NCBI GenBank assembly: GCA_907165135.1
Contig: OU015568.1
Span: forward strand, 3,720,001-3,784,000
Length of the DNA stretch: 64,000 nt
DNA from: Oikopleura dioica
Lineage: Eukaryota; Animalia; Chordata
Direction: 5' to 3'
Position 1 is the first letter of the stretch, and every line of letters starts with the position of its first letter. This document shows positions 25,675 through 38,236 of the stretch, one piece after another. The translations under genes were made by a program, and so were the position numbers. The notes below the pieces were generated by a model. The model had not been told where the DNA came from. It made no database searches and saw only the letters and a program-made list of their open reading frames with translations.

Positions 25675-25679
25675 AAAAA
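25675..25679 (-). terminator. Pol III oligo-T terminator of tRNA-Glu
   Basis: TTTTT three nt after the tRNA 3' end on the minus strand, with a second T-run just beyond. Confidence 0.6.
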
Positions 25680-25682
25680 GTC

Positions 25683-25754
25683 CTCCCACACCGGGAATCG
25701 AACCCGGGCCGTCGGAGTGAAAATCCGAAATCCTAACCCCTAGACCATGTGGGA
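25683..25754 (-). tRNA. tRNA-Glu (anticodon TTC)
   Basis: Reverse strand TCCCACATGGTCTAGGGGTTAGGATTTCGGATTTTCACTCCGACGGCCCGGGTTCGATTCCCGGTGTGGGAG: 7-bp acceptor stem, anticodon arm TCGGA-TT(TTC)AC-TCCGA, GTTCGA T-loop. Confidence 0.95.
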
Positions 25755-26220
25755 CTGAGAAATGGTCGAGAAATTGTCAATATGAAAAATGCTCTATTCA
25801 AAGAAATGGATAAGAATGGTTCTTTATTTTTGAGTAAATTTTAAAATCACAATAATTTTCTTCGTTTATATAAGATTTTTATAGCATTTGGAGGAAAATG
25901 GCCTTTTGAAATTGGTCATTTGTAAAATCGATTTTCTGAGAAAAGCTCATGAACTTACCACATGCGTAATTGAAAGGTTAACTTATGAAATAATTAAGAT
26001 AATAGTCCGTGGCTCTGCTCGGGAAGTGTTGTAAGTACAAACAACCGCACGTTCTATTCTTGGTATGTCCTGACTTGTTGCTGCTACAAATTAAGCTGCA
26101 TATATGCTCCTGCTTTTTGCGCAAGAATTCATTCTTCTGAGCTGCGTCGTGAGAGTAAGAGAGTTCATTTTTTTCGCAATTTTTTGAGAGTAAATTTTTA
26201 AGGGTTGATTCAGAGAAGAG

Positions 26221-29213
26221 ATGAAGCTTTTGAGCTCGCTGCTTGCCAGCACGCTGGGTCACAAGTTTGACATCACCAAGGAAACTGCGAAGGTCTTCGA
26301 AGCCGCCGGAGTTGATACCTCTTCTTACCACATCATCAGCAGTGATCAACAAGTTGATCTCGATGGCAATCCCGTTGGAGATTCTCTCTTGACCAGAGGC
26401 GTAGCAGCTTACGCCAGGCGATGGACACCAGTTGCGCAAGGCGGCCCGATCACTGTCCCATTCGCTATTCATTCTTCCGTTTCCAGTTTCGAGGACAACA
26501 TCACTTCTTCCATGGCTGCTCTTGCTGACGATCTCGCTTGTTTCGACATGCCATACGTTTCGGATCCAGCCAACACCGAATATGCCAACGGAATCGTCTT
26601 CATCACAAACCCAGGTTCCTGCTTTTCAGCGCTCGGCCAAACCTCTGGATACTACAACAACGATATTGGCGCCACAAGTGTGACTGAGTTCGGAGTACCA
26701 GCTGGCTGGCAAGTTATCAACTTGTCCGACGGCTGCGCTGGTTCGATCGAGGTCGTTCAGCACGAAGTTCTCCACGCTCTCGGATTCCTTCATGAGCAGT
26801 CGAGGCCGGATAGAGATAACTACATCACTGTCAACATGGATGCAACAACTGAGCCGAGTAAGAGGGTTTTTTAAAGAGATAGGAATGTTTTTTAATATTT
26901 TGAAGCTTTGGTCTTTGTTAACCAAATTTTTCTCGAATTTCAGGATTGTTTTTTGACAGAAAAATAATGAATAATTTTCAAGGTCAATGGGAAGCTATGG
27001 GATCGAACGACTGGTATGACATGGGCAGCGTATATGAGCCTCGCTCAGTCATGTCCTACCCCTCCTTTGGTTTTGCCAAAGATGACACTATCCCCGTCGC
27101 AACCCTCAAGAATGGAGACTACATTCAAGATGGTCCGAGAATTTCTACAACTGACGCGCTTCAAGCGCAGAGATTCTACTGCCAAGACATGGTCGATGGC
27201 GGCAACAATCCATTGTTCCCGAATTTTCAACCCAAAGATGGAACAACATGCTCGACTCCTGACGAAGTTGGAGCGATACGAAACGTTTTCACTGATCGAC
27301 TTTGCGATGGCTGGCAAGATTGCCCGAACAACGAAGATGAAGACGGAACACTTGTACCGTGTCAGCCAAAGTATCCACCAACTCCCGACGGCTGCTGTGG
27401 CGGAATAGCTCGTTTTAGCGCTGAATGTGTCTACACAACAGACAATCTTTTCTTCGGGAAAGGAACGTACGCCTGCACGGACGGGAGTGCCCTTGCGTGG
27501 ACATCGTACAACGGAGGTCATTGGATTGTGCTGCGACCATCAAACTATCCTTATACAGGGAAGGTTATTAGTAATCATTTTAATAATAAAGCCATTAATT
27601 TTGATAAATAACCTTTCAAAGGCGGTAGTTATGGCTGGTGGGACCTCATACAGTCGAATGATGTCTGCCCACCGATGAACACTCAATGGAACTATAGCAC
27701 CAACTTGAAATGCATAAACGACGGCCCTGCACTGACAGATCATTGTGCTGGCGATCCATGCGACCCAAATGCTACGTGCACGAGCGGATTCAGCAGTCAC
27801 ATTTGTGAGTGCAACGAAGGATACAAAGGCGACGGCGAGACTTGTGAATTCATCCCTGAAGTTGACGAGTGTAGCGATGGAACTGATCAATGTGGTGCGA
27901 ATGCTGACTGTACCGATACTCGTGAAGCGTACACCTGTGCTTGCAAAAGTGGATACACAACCCTTGCTCAAGCAATCAATACTTACGAAGACGATCCAAA
28001 CGGCGAAAACTGTATTTACAACTATCCCTGTTGCCAGACAGTCAGATATGTTCACCCGTCAGGGATCGAATTTATTTGTACTCGTGATTCTGGTTCTGGA
28101 ACCTACCCTTGCACTGGATATGATGACCTAGCTGTTCTCAGATATCAGAATGGCGGATGGAAACTTTATGTTTCAGCGACATCAAATTATTACTATAACC
28201 AAGTACTTGGCGACGCTCCTGATTTCTGCTGGAATGTTGAAGGCAACATTAATGGCAGTGAGTGTATTGATGACCGGACGGAACCGCCGACTGAACCGCC
28301 AACTGAACCACCAACAGAACCACCAACTGAACCACCAACGGAGCCACCAACTGAGCCACCAACTGAACCACCAACTGAACCACCAACTGAACCACCAACT
28401 GAACCACCAACTGAACCACCAACTGAACCGCCAACTGAACCACCAACTGAGCCACCAACTGAACCACCAACTGAACCACCAACTGAACCACCAACTGAAC
28501 CACCAACTGAACCACCAACTGAGCCACCAACTGAACCACCAACTGAACCGCCAACTGAACCACCAACTGAGCCACCAACTGAACCACCAACTGAACCACC
28601 AACTGAACCACCAACTGAACCACCAACTGAACCACCAACTGAACCACCAACTGAACCACCAACTGAACCACCAACTGAACCACCAACTGAACCACCAACT
28701 GAACCACCAACTGAACCACCAACGGAGCCTCCAACTGAGCCACCAACCACACCTGTTCCTGTTTGCGTTCTCTCATCAATTCCAGAGGCTCTGAATCCTG
28801 CAAACGGTGAATTTAAGTGGCAATGCACCAAAATCGTCAACAGCAAGCGAAAATGCAAGGTCAGATGCAAAAACCAGGCGGTCAACAAGAGCTACACCAT
28901 TGTGTGCGTGAACAAGAACAACCAAAACACCTGGAAAGTTTTCAGGGGCTCTGCTCCTTCTTGCTCCGGTTCTGGCTCAGGTTCAGGCTCAGGGGCTCAA
29001 AAATGCTTAGCTGCGACAATCCCTGCTTATGCTCTTCCTGCTGGTGCTCACACATGGAAATGTAAGAGAAACAAGGTCGGTAACAACTGCAAAGTCAAGT
29101 GCGATAATGGATCCAATACTGGCAATTACGGAGTCCGATGTAAAAATAGAAGAAATACCTGGGCCATAATGAAGGGAACAACGGTTTGTTCATCAATTAT
29201 GTATCATATATAA
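26221..29213 (+). CDS. Astacin (M12A) metalloprotease mosaic: astacin-LDLa-EGF-EGF-(TEPP)39-two Cys/Lys-rich modules
   Basis: [19 protein letters not shown] zinc motif, Met-turn SVMSY, LDLa-like [18 protein letters not shown] repeats ([12 protein letters not shown]; [11 protein letters not shown]). Confidence 0.88.
28278..28745 (+). repeat. Coding minisatellite, 39 x 12 bp (ACTGAACCACCA; Thr-Glu-Pro-Pro)
   Basis: 468 nt from ACG at 28278 to CCA at 28745; the variants seen are synonymous. Confidence 0.95.
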
Positions 29214-29774
29214 TATTATTAATATAATATTACCTATATGAGAAAGGCTCTATCCAAAGATCTACGTATTCGTCGACATAAAAACATAAGTCGAATAATA
29301 TTATAAATACCTTATGATTTTTATTTCTATCTTTCTTATTGTATATATTTTTCTTGTATATTAACCGTGAATCTCATCATTTAAGAATTTATATGCTTAC
29401 ATGTAGCCTTTTGTATATAAACATTTTATTTTTTTATTCTATATACAAATTATTTTTGTAAAAATCAAATTTCTATCTCATTTTTTCTAGAAACCATCGT
29501 GTTAAAAAATCAGCGAAGATGATGTTCTATTCTTACAAAATTTGATTTCTTCCCAAAAATTTTCAAATCAATAATCATTTGTCGTTTATTCTCTCGCTCA
29601 ATAATATACACTTCCTTACTTATTCTATCTTTCTGTCATCAGTTATAATTATAATTGATTGTTACTAACACTGTCCAAGGTTCTTTAATAAATTTAGAGA
29701 TTAGCAAAATTAGTTTCAAATGAATCCGTAAGAAATTAATTGCAAGAGAAAAAAAATCATTTATTGACCAACCA

Positions 29775-32700
29775 TTACAGACCTCCGAAAAGGTCATCTA
29801 AATTTCCATTTTCAAAGAAATGAAGCATAAAGTCTTCGATATTTTTGCCAAGCATGTATTCTAGCTTCGACTTTCCATCCTCTGGCATTTCAGAAGCAAT
29901 CATATGCTTAAACGCTTTCTGGTATAGGGAGATAATTCAGGACCTACCTTGAGCATTGAATCCAAAGAGACATTCACATCGACTTGAGAATTCTGCGCAA
30001 CTTTTAAATTCGCAACAATGTTATTCTCAACCGGCTCGTAGTCGATGAAAAATTGAATTTTGCAAACTAAAAGCATTCATTTTCGAGATAAAAGAGTAAA
30101 CTCACGATATTCGACAAAAGCCAAAAACTCTTTAATTTCTCTCTCTCCATCATCGCATTGCTTGACGCACTTTGGCGCAGCTCCAATGTATCCTTCGGCG
30201 CAAGAGCACTCGTAGTAGGGCGCGTATTTTTGAACGGAGCAGACTGAGTTTTCACCGCATCTGGAGCCATAGCGATCGCAAGCGGTCAGGGTTGGGTCGA
30301 ACATGCATCCTTCTGGTCGTCGAGAAACGATGTAGCCCTATAAATATAATTATTGTAAGCAAATATGAAACGAGTGTAAAAATGCCGAGATCAACCCCTT
30401 ACCTCATCACATAAGCACTGAGAATCAACACATTTTGATCCAAAAGGACATTTCGTGATCTCAGGAATCAGTTCAAAGTTCTGAAAATCGAGATCAAAAT
30501 AATTAACTTGAGAAAATTACCTTGTCATTGATGAAAATTGAAAGAATCGTTGCTTCAACTTCAACATTGTAAAGGGCAATATAGATATTTTCGTAGTATC
30601 TGTCGGTCGTGAACTGTTTTGTCGTTCCCGCTTCGATTTCGAAGCTGAAATCGTACATGGCAGAGCTTGGATTGGAGTTCTCAAAGAAAACATACGCCAT
30701 GGCTTTCTTCTCACTAGAACACGAATAATATAAAAATATGACTGGATAGTAAATCTTACGAAGTGATCTCAAACGATTTCTTTCCATTCATTTTTAGGGC
30801 CAAAAGCTTGCTCTCTATCTTTTCCGTCTTTCCAGCAATTTCGATCTTTGCCGACTGATGGATGTTGATTCCAGTGGTGCAGACTTTATTAAGCACAGTG
30901 CTGAGGATCTTCTCAAAGGCCTGGAAGTTCTCGAGCATCTCGACGTGTTCTTTAGTCGAGGCGATATTTTCCAATTCAAACATTTGTGCTCCAGCAACTC
31001 CGATGGCGAATGATTGGATGTTTCTAGGATCGGCTTTGAGTTTCTCAGCAGCGGCTTTTGTGGCAATCGGGTTTTGAGAGATACCGTCGGTGATTGTAAT
31101 GACAATTTTGACGGAGTTTCGATCGTCTTCAAAATCATTCATTGCGCCGAGAAGAGCGAGGGAAGTATTGGTCCATCCAGTTTGATAAGGAAGAGCTCTG
31201 ATCAGATCGATCTTGTTCTCCTTCTCTTTGAGACCGAAATAAAGATAGGTTTCAGTTGAAAATGGTCGAACTGCGATCCGGGTCTTTTCCGGATTGACGA
31301 CAGAAGCAAACTGCTCAAGGAAGGATTTCATCAGGTTGAAATTATCTGCACCGACCGAGCCAGATTCATCGACCAGAAAGACGATGTCGTTCATTTGTGA
31401 TCCGCAGTCTTCAGCTTGGATGATTTCCAAGTCAGCGATTTTGTCAACCCATTCGGTAAGCTTGTTGTGAGTGATTTGCTTGAAGATCTCACCCTGGACG
31501 GCCAGGTCATTCGTAATTTGGACCTTGTAAGGATTTTGAGAGACCATAACTCTGATATTTCTTTAGCTCATATATATTATTTCTTTGTATTGATAATCGA
31601 AGCAATTGATTTATAGCAAGTAAAAAATTCAGCGGCTTAATGATGAAAGCAATCAGTCATCCTTTCCTTGACAATTCCGACCGTATACGTAACAAAAGCA
31701 ACCAGAGAGAAGTATGGGACATTCAGTTGATCATAAACCAGAGTTTCATAATTGAACCAATCAATATCATTTGTCAAGAAAGCCGCAAGAGGAGAGTTCA
31801 AAGTTTGGTTGAATTGGTATTCATCCAGTTCCCAAATTTGATGAACATACTTTTTCGAAGCTATTCAATGATTTTGAAAGAAACAATGACTTTGAATGAG
31901 AGCTCCTTCCTGAGTATTCTTCTCGCCGAATTTTGACAACGCAAAGGCTGCGCGAAGCAAAAATCCAGACTCTTTTAATCCGAAGTCTCCGCTTGGATTT
32001 CCGCTGAGTTTTTTCAATAATTTGATGACCGCAGCTCTTGCGACTTCTTCGCCAACAGCGCCCGGTTTGAGCGTTTCGTCGAGACCGCATGTTGTTGGCT
32101 TTGTTGTTGTGGTAGTTTTCATGGTTGTGGATTGCATTGTTGAAGTTTTGATCGTTGTCGTCGTCGTCATCATTCCAGAAGTAGTTGTTTTGGTTGTCTC
32201 TGTAGTTGGAGTAGTAACGGATGTATGTGTTATTGTTGTTGAAGATGGGAGGACTTTTGTGGTTGTTGTCGTCGGAGGAGAGCTTGATGTGAAGGTAGGG
32301 AGAGTTATATTTGTCTGAGTGGTCGAGGTTGCGGAAGTTGAGGAAGAAAAATTGGGGGTGGAGCCGGTATTAGTGTATTGAGTTGAAGTCGAGCCGGTTG
32401 GGAGGGTAGTATTTGGCTGAGTTGTCTTCGTGGTTGATCCTGACGTGGTGGTAGAAGAGAAATTGGGTGTTGAACCTGTATTTGTGTACGGCTTTGAAGT
32501 AGAAATGGTCGTGTTGAATGGTGTTGTTGTAGGATAACTGCTCGACAAGGAGAAATTCGGAGTCGATCCGGTGTTGGTGTAGTCGGTTGAAGTGGAGCCT
32601 GTCGGAAGTGTTGTGTTTGGGAGAGTCGTTGTTGAACCAGACGTTGACGTTGACGAGCTGAATGTCGGAGTAGTTGATGATGGTCGAGGAGTGGTGGAAG

Positions 32701-33310
32701 CAGTAGGGTTATTTGTTGACGACTGAGTTGGCATCATCGTCGTCGTTGATGAAGCTGATGTTGATGTCATATCAAAATCAGGGCTATCCCAGCAGGAGTA
32801 CTGAATTTCCATTCGATTGGAGACTTAAATTATTATTAAAGTGAAAATAAAACTCATATCTAGCTTACTCATATCTTGACAAGTCCAACCAGGAATTGAG
32901 GTCATTTCATCAGCGACCTTCCATGTCGACAAGCTACTGAGCATTTGCTGGCCATTAACCGAAGCTGCGAGTTTGTCAGTAAAATTGAGCTCGTCGCAAG
33001 TTTGCGTTGGGCAAGCTGTCTTTCCTGCACAGCAAATTCCAGAATTATCAGGCCTTATGATTGCAGAATCAACGCGAATGAACTGTCGGACCGGACAAAA
33101 AAGAAGAATACCGAAATTGCCCTCACATTTCTCGACCAAGTAATTTGCCCCGCTTTCTAGGTTCATCGGACCAGACCGGACTGCTCCGGCACTCCATGTT
33201 GTGTAGTCATATCCTGGCACAACATAAGCTGCGTCATACCAGGGTCCCTAGAATCCATATTGACTATTATAAAAAAAGAAAAATATCTTACGAAGCTCTG
33301 CATGTTATCT
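29775..33310 (-). CDS. Extracellular mosaic protein: Cys-rich N-region, Thr/Ser mucin tract, lysozyme-like domain, VWA, EGF; 5' end approximate
   Basis: ORF 31865-32812 is T/S-rich; VWA with MIDAS DIVFLVDESGSVG and VIITITDG (30756-31547); EGF (CGENSVC...YECSCAEGYIG); last exon NLDDLFGGL* at 29775. Confidence 0.7.
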
Positions 33311-33705
33311 CTTCAGACCTCTTCTGAGGAGTTAAATCTATTAATCTTGGCATCGCAATAAATTATCCGGAACAAATATTCTTTATTTCAAAGTTTCTTA
33401 GTTCATTCAAAAATGAACATGCGACGAAGTCTATTGTTAATCTCAGGTGAAGGAAAGACGACGGAAGTTACTGTAAAAATTCGTAAAGAGCGTTACCGCA
33501 ATCCTATCTCAGCAGCTGAGACTCAGCTTATTTTAAGGGCGATAGAATTGATGATTTCTCGAAAGTTGGAGAAGCTGATGTCATCTGTGACATTCTAACA
33601 ATCAAAGCAAAACTGTATCGGGGAATCTGTAGCATGTGAACGATCCATATGTGAATATTTTGGCAGGCATTTGGACAAAAAATGAGCATTCTTTTTTCAG
33701 AGAGA

Positions 33706-35768
33706 ATGTTGCGGCATCTTTTGGTCTTTTTAGGAATGGTTTGCAATTTCAGTACGCTAAATTTTCACAAAAAAAATTCTCAAACCCAAAAAAGCCGGTA
33801 CGGCAACTGCTGTTTTTAACGAGTCATGCAATGCGCTTGACTTGGCTGTTGTCTGTGAAAATGATTGCAATGTCATTTTGAACGAGTGTATTGGTAATTC
33901 CGGCGGAAACTACGACCAAATGCATCAATGTCTTCGAGAGCATGAAGCTTGTTTTTCCTACTGCCCCTGCCATCTTGAATGCCCTCATGGCTGTCCATGG
34001 TAAAGATTCTTTACTAAAGAAAATTTTTTGCCAGAAAATATTTTTGCTCTTAGCGTTATAGATGACAATAATAACATCGTGGACCATCCATACACTGAGA
34101 AAAAATACGAATGCGAGCTCAACTGCACGGAAACATACTACAAAGAGGCGGAAATTTGCATGGATGATTGTCACACGCGAGCTTGCGCTGTAAGTCAATT
34201 CGTTTCGGTTTGAAAATTATTTCTTTGCAGTGCATGTTTAACTGCGAGGTCTTTGGCTACCATTGTACTGAAGAATGTGGAATGGAAGCAAAAGCATGTC
34301 ACGATGCTTGTCCATGTGGTCCTCTCTGTCCAAACGGCTGCCCTTGCGATAACTTCTGCAATGAAGCTTACAATCAGACCACTCTTGTCATGTCCAACTC
34401 TCCTGATGTCCAACCTGCCCGGCTTCTCAAGTGGGTCGTCACTGAGCAAGACATGGAAATTGAAGACTTCGACCGACGGTTTGTTATTTTTTAAAACGAT
34501 GAATATTCTTGATTCTAGAGGACCTGCCATGGACGGACTTTCTGGATGTCAAGCTGTCTACAACGGAAATCTCTTTGTACTTGGAGGAGATGGCTCCAAC
34601 ACCGTCTGGCGAGTTTCCGACTGTGGTCTTGTCGAAGCGCAGTGGTCTCTTCCTACTGAGTGGGAGAATCCTGGTGATAAGGAAGACGTGGCTGAACTTG
34701 AATGGAACGGTGGACATGTCTGTCAAAACGCCAATCATCTGAAAGAGGAAGATAAGGATGGACTGATGATTTGCGGTCCTTCTAGTCGAACAAAGGTCTG
34801 CTTGTTCTTCACACAGGATGAAGACGGAAATTTTGATTGGCGAAACTACCCAGAAACACCAGAAGGGCACAATCGAGGAGCTCTGGCTGACAACAGATAC
34901 CAAGGTAGGAAATAAAGGGCAATAGAAAAAGGAATAAATAATTAAGTTCGAACCTACATGATCGGTGGAGTCAACGATGATGGCAACTCTCATGGTGTCA
35001 TGCACACTTTCTTCCCTACTTTTGATGTCAACAACGACTACACAACTGTTGGTGAGGTAAACAACCCTTATCTCACTGGGGTAACTGATCTCACAATGGT
35101 TGCTTACCGAAGATACATGATCGTTATGGGAGGATGGATGAATGGCAAAGCATACGACGGGTAACAACGAGTCATTTTGATACCTTCATATGTAAAATTA
35201 GCGTTCACATCTTCCACGAAATCACAAACGAATGGGATATCGACCCAGCTACTCAACAATCAGTACAATGGAAATTGCTTCAGCCAAGAACCAAGCTCCG
35301 AGCTATCGTCTTTGACGATCGAACTCTCAATGTCTATGGTGGTACATACGGAAGTGGCGAAAAAGTGTAAGTGAATAAGCTAAAAAATTGTCGAAAGAAT
35401 TGTTAAGCACCTTCATCGAGCGATTCGTGAACCAAGCTGATCTCAACGACGAGCTCGGTCAACAAGTTTTCCCAGATTTCAGCCAGCCCGAGCAATCCGA
35501 ATCTGTTTCGCTCGATTCCTACGACAATCCTATTGTTTTCAAAACGCTCAACACTTTCTTCGGCGAATGCAACGGAACTGTCATCGGTAAAAAAAATCAA
35601 ATGAGTAAATAAAATTCTATAAAAAACATAATTATAGAAACGACGGAAACTCCCGGAACCGAAGCTTGGACAACAGAGGAGATCTGGTCGACGGTCGACT
35701 CGACCGAAGAAGTTTGGACGACTGAAGAGGTTTTTACAACTGAAGAACCAGAAGAGCCAGAAATCTAA
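33706..35768 (+). CDS. Secreted Cys-rich protein with kelch-like/beta-propeller region and acidic Thr-rich tail
   Basis: Signal peptide MLRHLLVFLAGTATA (via GA-AG intron 33734-33794); repeated CxCxxxCPxGCPC modules; kelch-like LFVLGG, MIGG, MIVMGG, VYGG; tail of (W/F)TTEE repeats. Confidence 0.7.
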
Positions 35769-37958
35769 ATCTTGAATTTTTGATACAATAAACAAACATA
35801 CAGTACTCTGATAAGACCCTGCATTCGCATATTGTTATCGTTAGCACCTTACGATATTTATATCTCCAACAAGCCTGCTAATCTCTATTTACACTTATCA
35901 CCTCCTCCGGGTGCTACTCCAGCTACTCCCGCTGATCTCGACAATAATCTCAATTCAAATATGGGAAAAATCTCTTGTGCGCGGAGTGTGAAAAAATTCC
36001 TGGCTTTTGCCCAAATTTTAGATGAGCTTATCTGTGTATTTGCCAGCGCAAACTAAGCAAGGGGTATTTTATTTGATAATGTTGCCCTTATCGACTGCGG
36101 TATTTACTCGATTGAGAGGGGTACTTGAGATATCAATGGAGATTAAAAATATTCTCAAATGAGAATTGAGATTTTGTCTCAAGAAGGGATTGAGGAATAT
36201 TGCTTCTCAATCCCTTCTACACTGGAGCCCTAGAATTCTGAAGTGGAACTTAGGCTCCATTCTGAATACAACTTTAGCAGCACCAGAAAATGGGGAGAGT
36301 TGGCCGAGGTGCTAGAATTTTAAAATGACACTCATGGCGCAGACTTTATCTGATAAAAAGGCACAGTAATTATGCGGACGAATCAGTAAATGGGTGCTAG
36401 AGATCAGAAATTATTTTTCAGAAGAAATTATTATTTACAAAATTTTGTACTTTCATCATAATTTTCTTCTAAAGAATTATTTTCGATTTCTAGGGTCAAT
36501 TTACCAATTGCTGACGCATAATTACTACGCCCTTTTTGTCAGCTAAAGCCTGACTCAGGCTGCAGCGTGAGTGCCATTTCAAAATTCTAGCGCCACGGCG
36601 ATTTCTGGCCCTTTCTTCTCGGTGCTGTAGTAAGGTAAAGCGCGTAGTGCGCGCGAAAGCGCGGCGCTGATTGGCCGCGCCGCTCGGTCATCAGCGCCCT
36701 CGAGCCAGGTCGCAATCTGGCCTGCTCCGCGGTGAACCACTCACCGAGAGAATTGAAAACGAAAAAAGCCGAAATCGTATTTTTTTGAAAAAGGCAACTC
36801 ATAAAGCCACCCAGTGGCGATTCTTAATTACGAGTAACTTTTGAATCAACCGAGAAAAGCTACTACGAAGCAAAAATTTTGCTGAACAGAGATTTTTGAA
36901 GAAAAAAATCGAAAAAAGAACGCAGAAAGAAAAAAAGCTTGGATGGGTAAAACCCTGATGAGTAATTTCACGTCCTGATCGAACTAAAAGGAACCCAAGG
37001 AATGGAGTTTGAAGCCTATTTTTTCTAAATATTCTGAAAAAAAAAGTCGTATAAAAGGCCTTTTTATGAGAAAAAAAGTTATAAAAGAGAAGTTTTATTG
37101 TGAGCAGAACTACTTTTAAGAACCATATTTTTCAATCTTCAGCATTTGTAAGCTGATTTACTTTAAAAATATTGCATAATGATTGAGCCTGAAAAAAAGA
37201 GCCTTACTGTAAAATTGTAATCCCTGCGGTTGACCTTGTTCACCCATAAAATTTCTTCCCATCCCCCGTCCCGGAAATCCCTTTTTGCCACAAATCCATC
37301 CTGACGCCCGTGAAAATCTCAATTTCAAAGAGGCCCATCCATCTGCCCTTGGAAAGTGCCCTGGCGTTTCAATTTTACGCATCCGGCCTCTTACTTGAAT
37401 TCGGCCCTACCTACTACGGCAAGGCAAGATGGTGGCAAATGAGCCGACAGATTGGTGCAGGAGGGATGAAGGAAGGGATTGAAATCTATAGAAACATATG
37501 GGCTCGAGTTTCAAGCCGGATTTTCGGGTAATTTGGTTTGGGTTACCGAGGGTGTTTTAGGGCGCTGCGGGAGGGGAAATATCGGCGGGATAATCAAATT
37601 TGCACATTTGGATTCGATTTTGAATTCGCTCAAATTTCAATTATTATCCAATTGCCAAGAATAGGAAAATTTGAAGCTATTTTGAGTCCTCTCCCCCGTG
37701 AACCCACCAATCTCCGATTAAAAATAGCATGAGCTACTCGTCTCAAAATAGAAGATGCGTTTATTTTTTCTATATTCGTGTTCTGCATCCAGGATTGACC
37801 CCGCCCAGATCTTTTTCAAAAGAGCTTTTGATTTATAATTCTCGCTAATCTGACGCTAACGTGTGTGCGGAAGGGGTCTCAATAGTGCATTATAAATTCA
37901 AATCGGACGCGATAAATATTTAATTGCTGCTTTTTGCAGGAAGGGGTAGGGCTCCAGT

Positions 37959-38236
37959 GGGAGACGGACGGTGCCGGTACCAAATTGGTACCCGGTACCA
38001 AAATTGGTACCCGGTACCAAAAATTTGGTACCCGGTACCAAAGTCAAGCATTTTTCTGAATCATCGAAAAACTAATGTCCGCTCCGCGGCTGAAGTGTGA
38101 AGAAACTCCATTTATTGACCGAATTAACCTTTTAATATCAATTTTGGCTCGGTATTCTGACATTTTTTTGGTACCGGGTACCAAAAATTTGGTACCGGGT
38201 ACCAATTTTGGATTGGTACCGGCACCGTCCGACCCC
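37959..38236. mobile_element. 278-bp foldback/MULE-like non-autonomous element with 9-bp TSD
   Basis: Inverted arms GGGAGACGGACGGTGCCGGTACC...GGTACCGGCACCGTCCGACCCC with tandem GGTACC subrepeats; GGCTCCAGT duplicated at 37950-37958 and 38237-38245. Confidence 0.85.

Noticed and set aside
28278-28745. Regular repeat as a CRISPR array
   Set aside because: Head-to-tail 12-mers with no spacers, inside a eukaryotic exon.
28150-28888. Long ORFs of (GGSV)n, (NHQL)n and (VVQL)n
   Set aside because: Alternate-frame and antisense shadows of the TEPP repeat; synonymous variation favours the TEPP frame.
29214-29770. Very AT-rich stretch between convergent genes
   Set aside because: Consistent with 3' UTRs and intergenic DNA; no TIR, TSD or periodicity seen.
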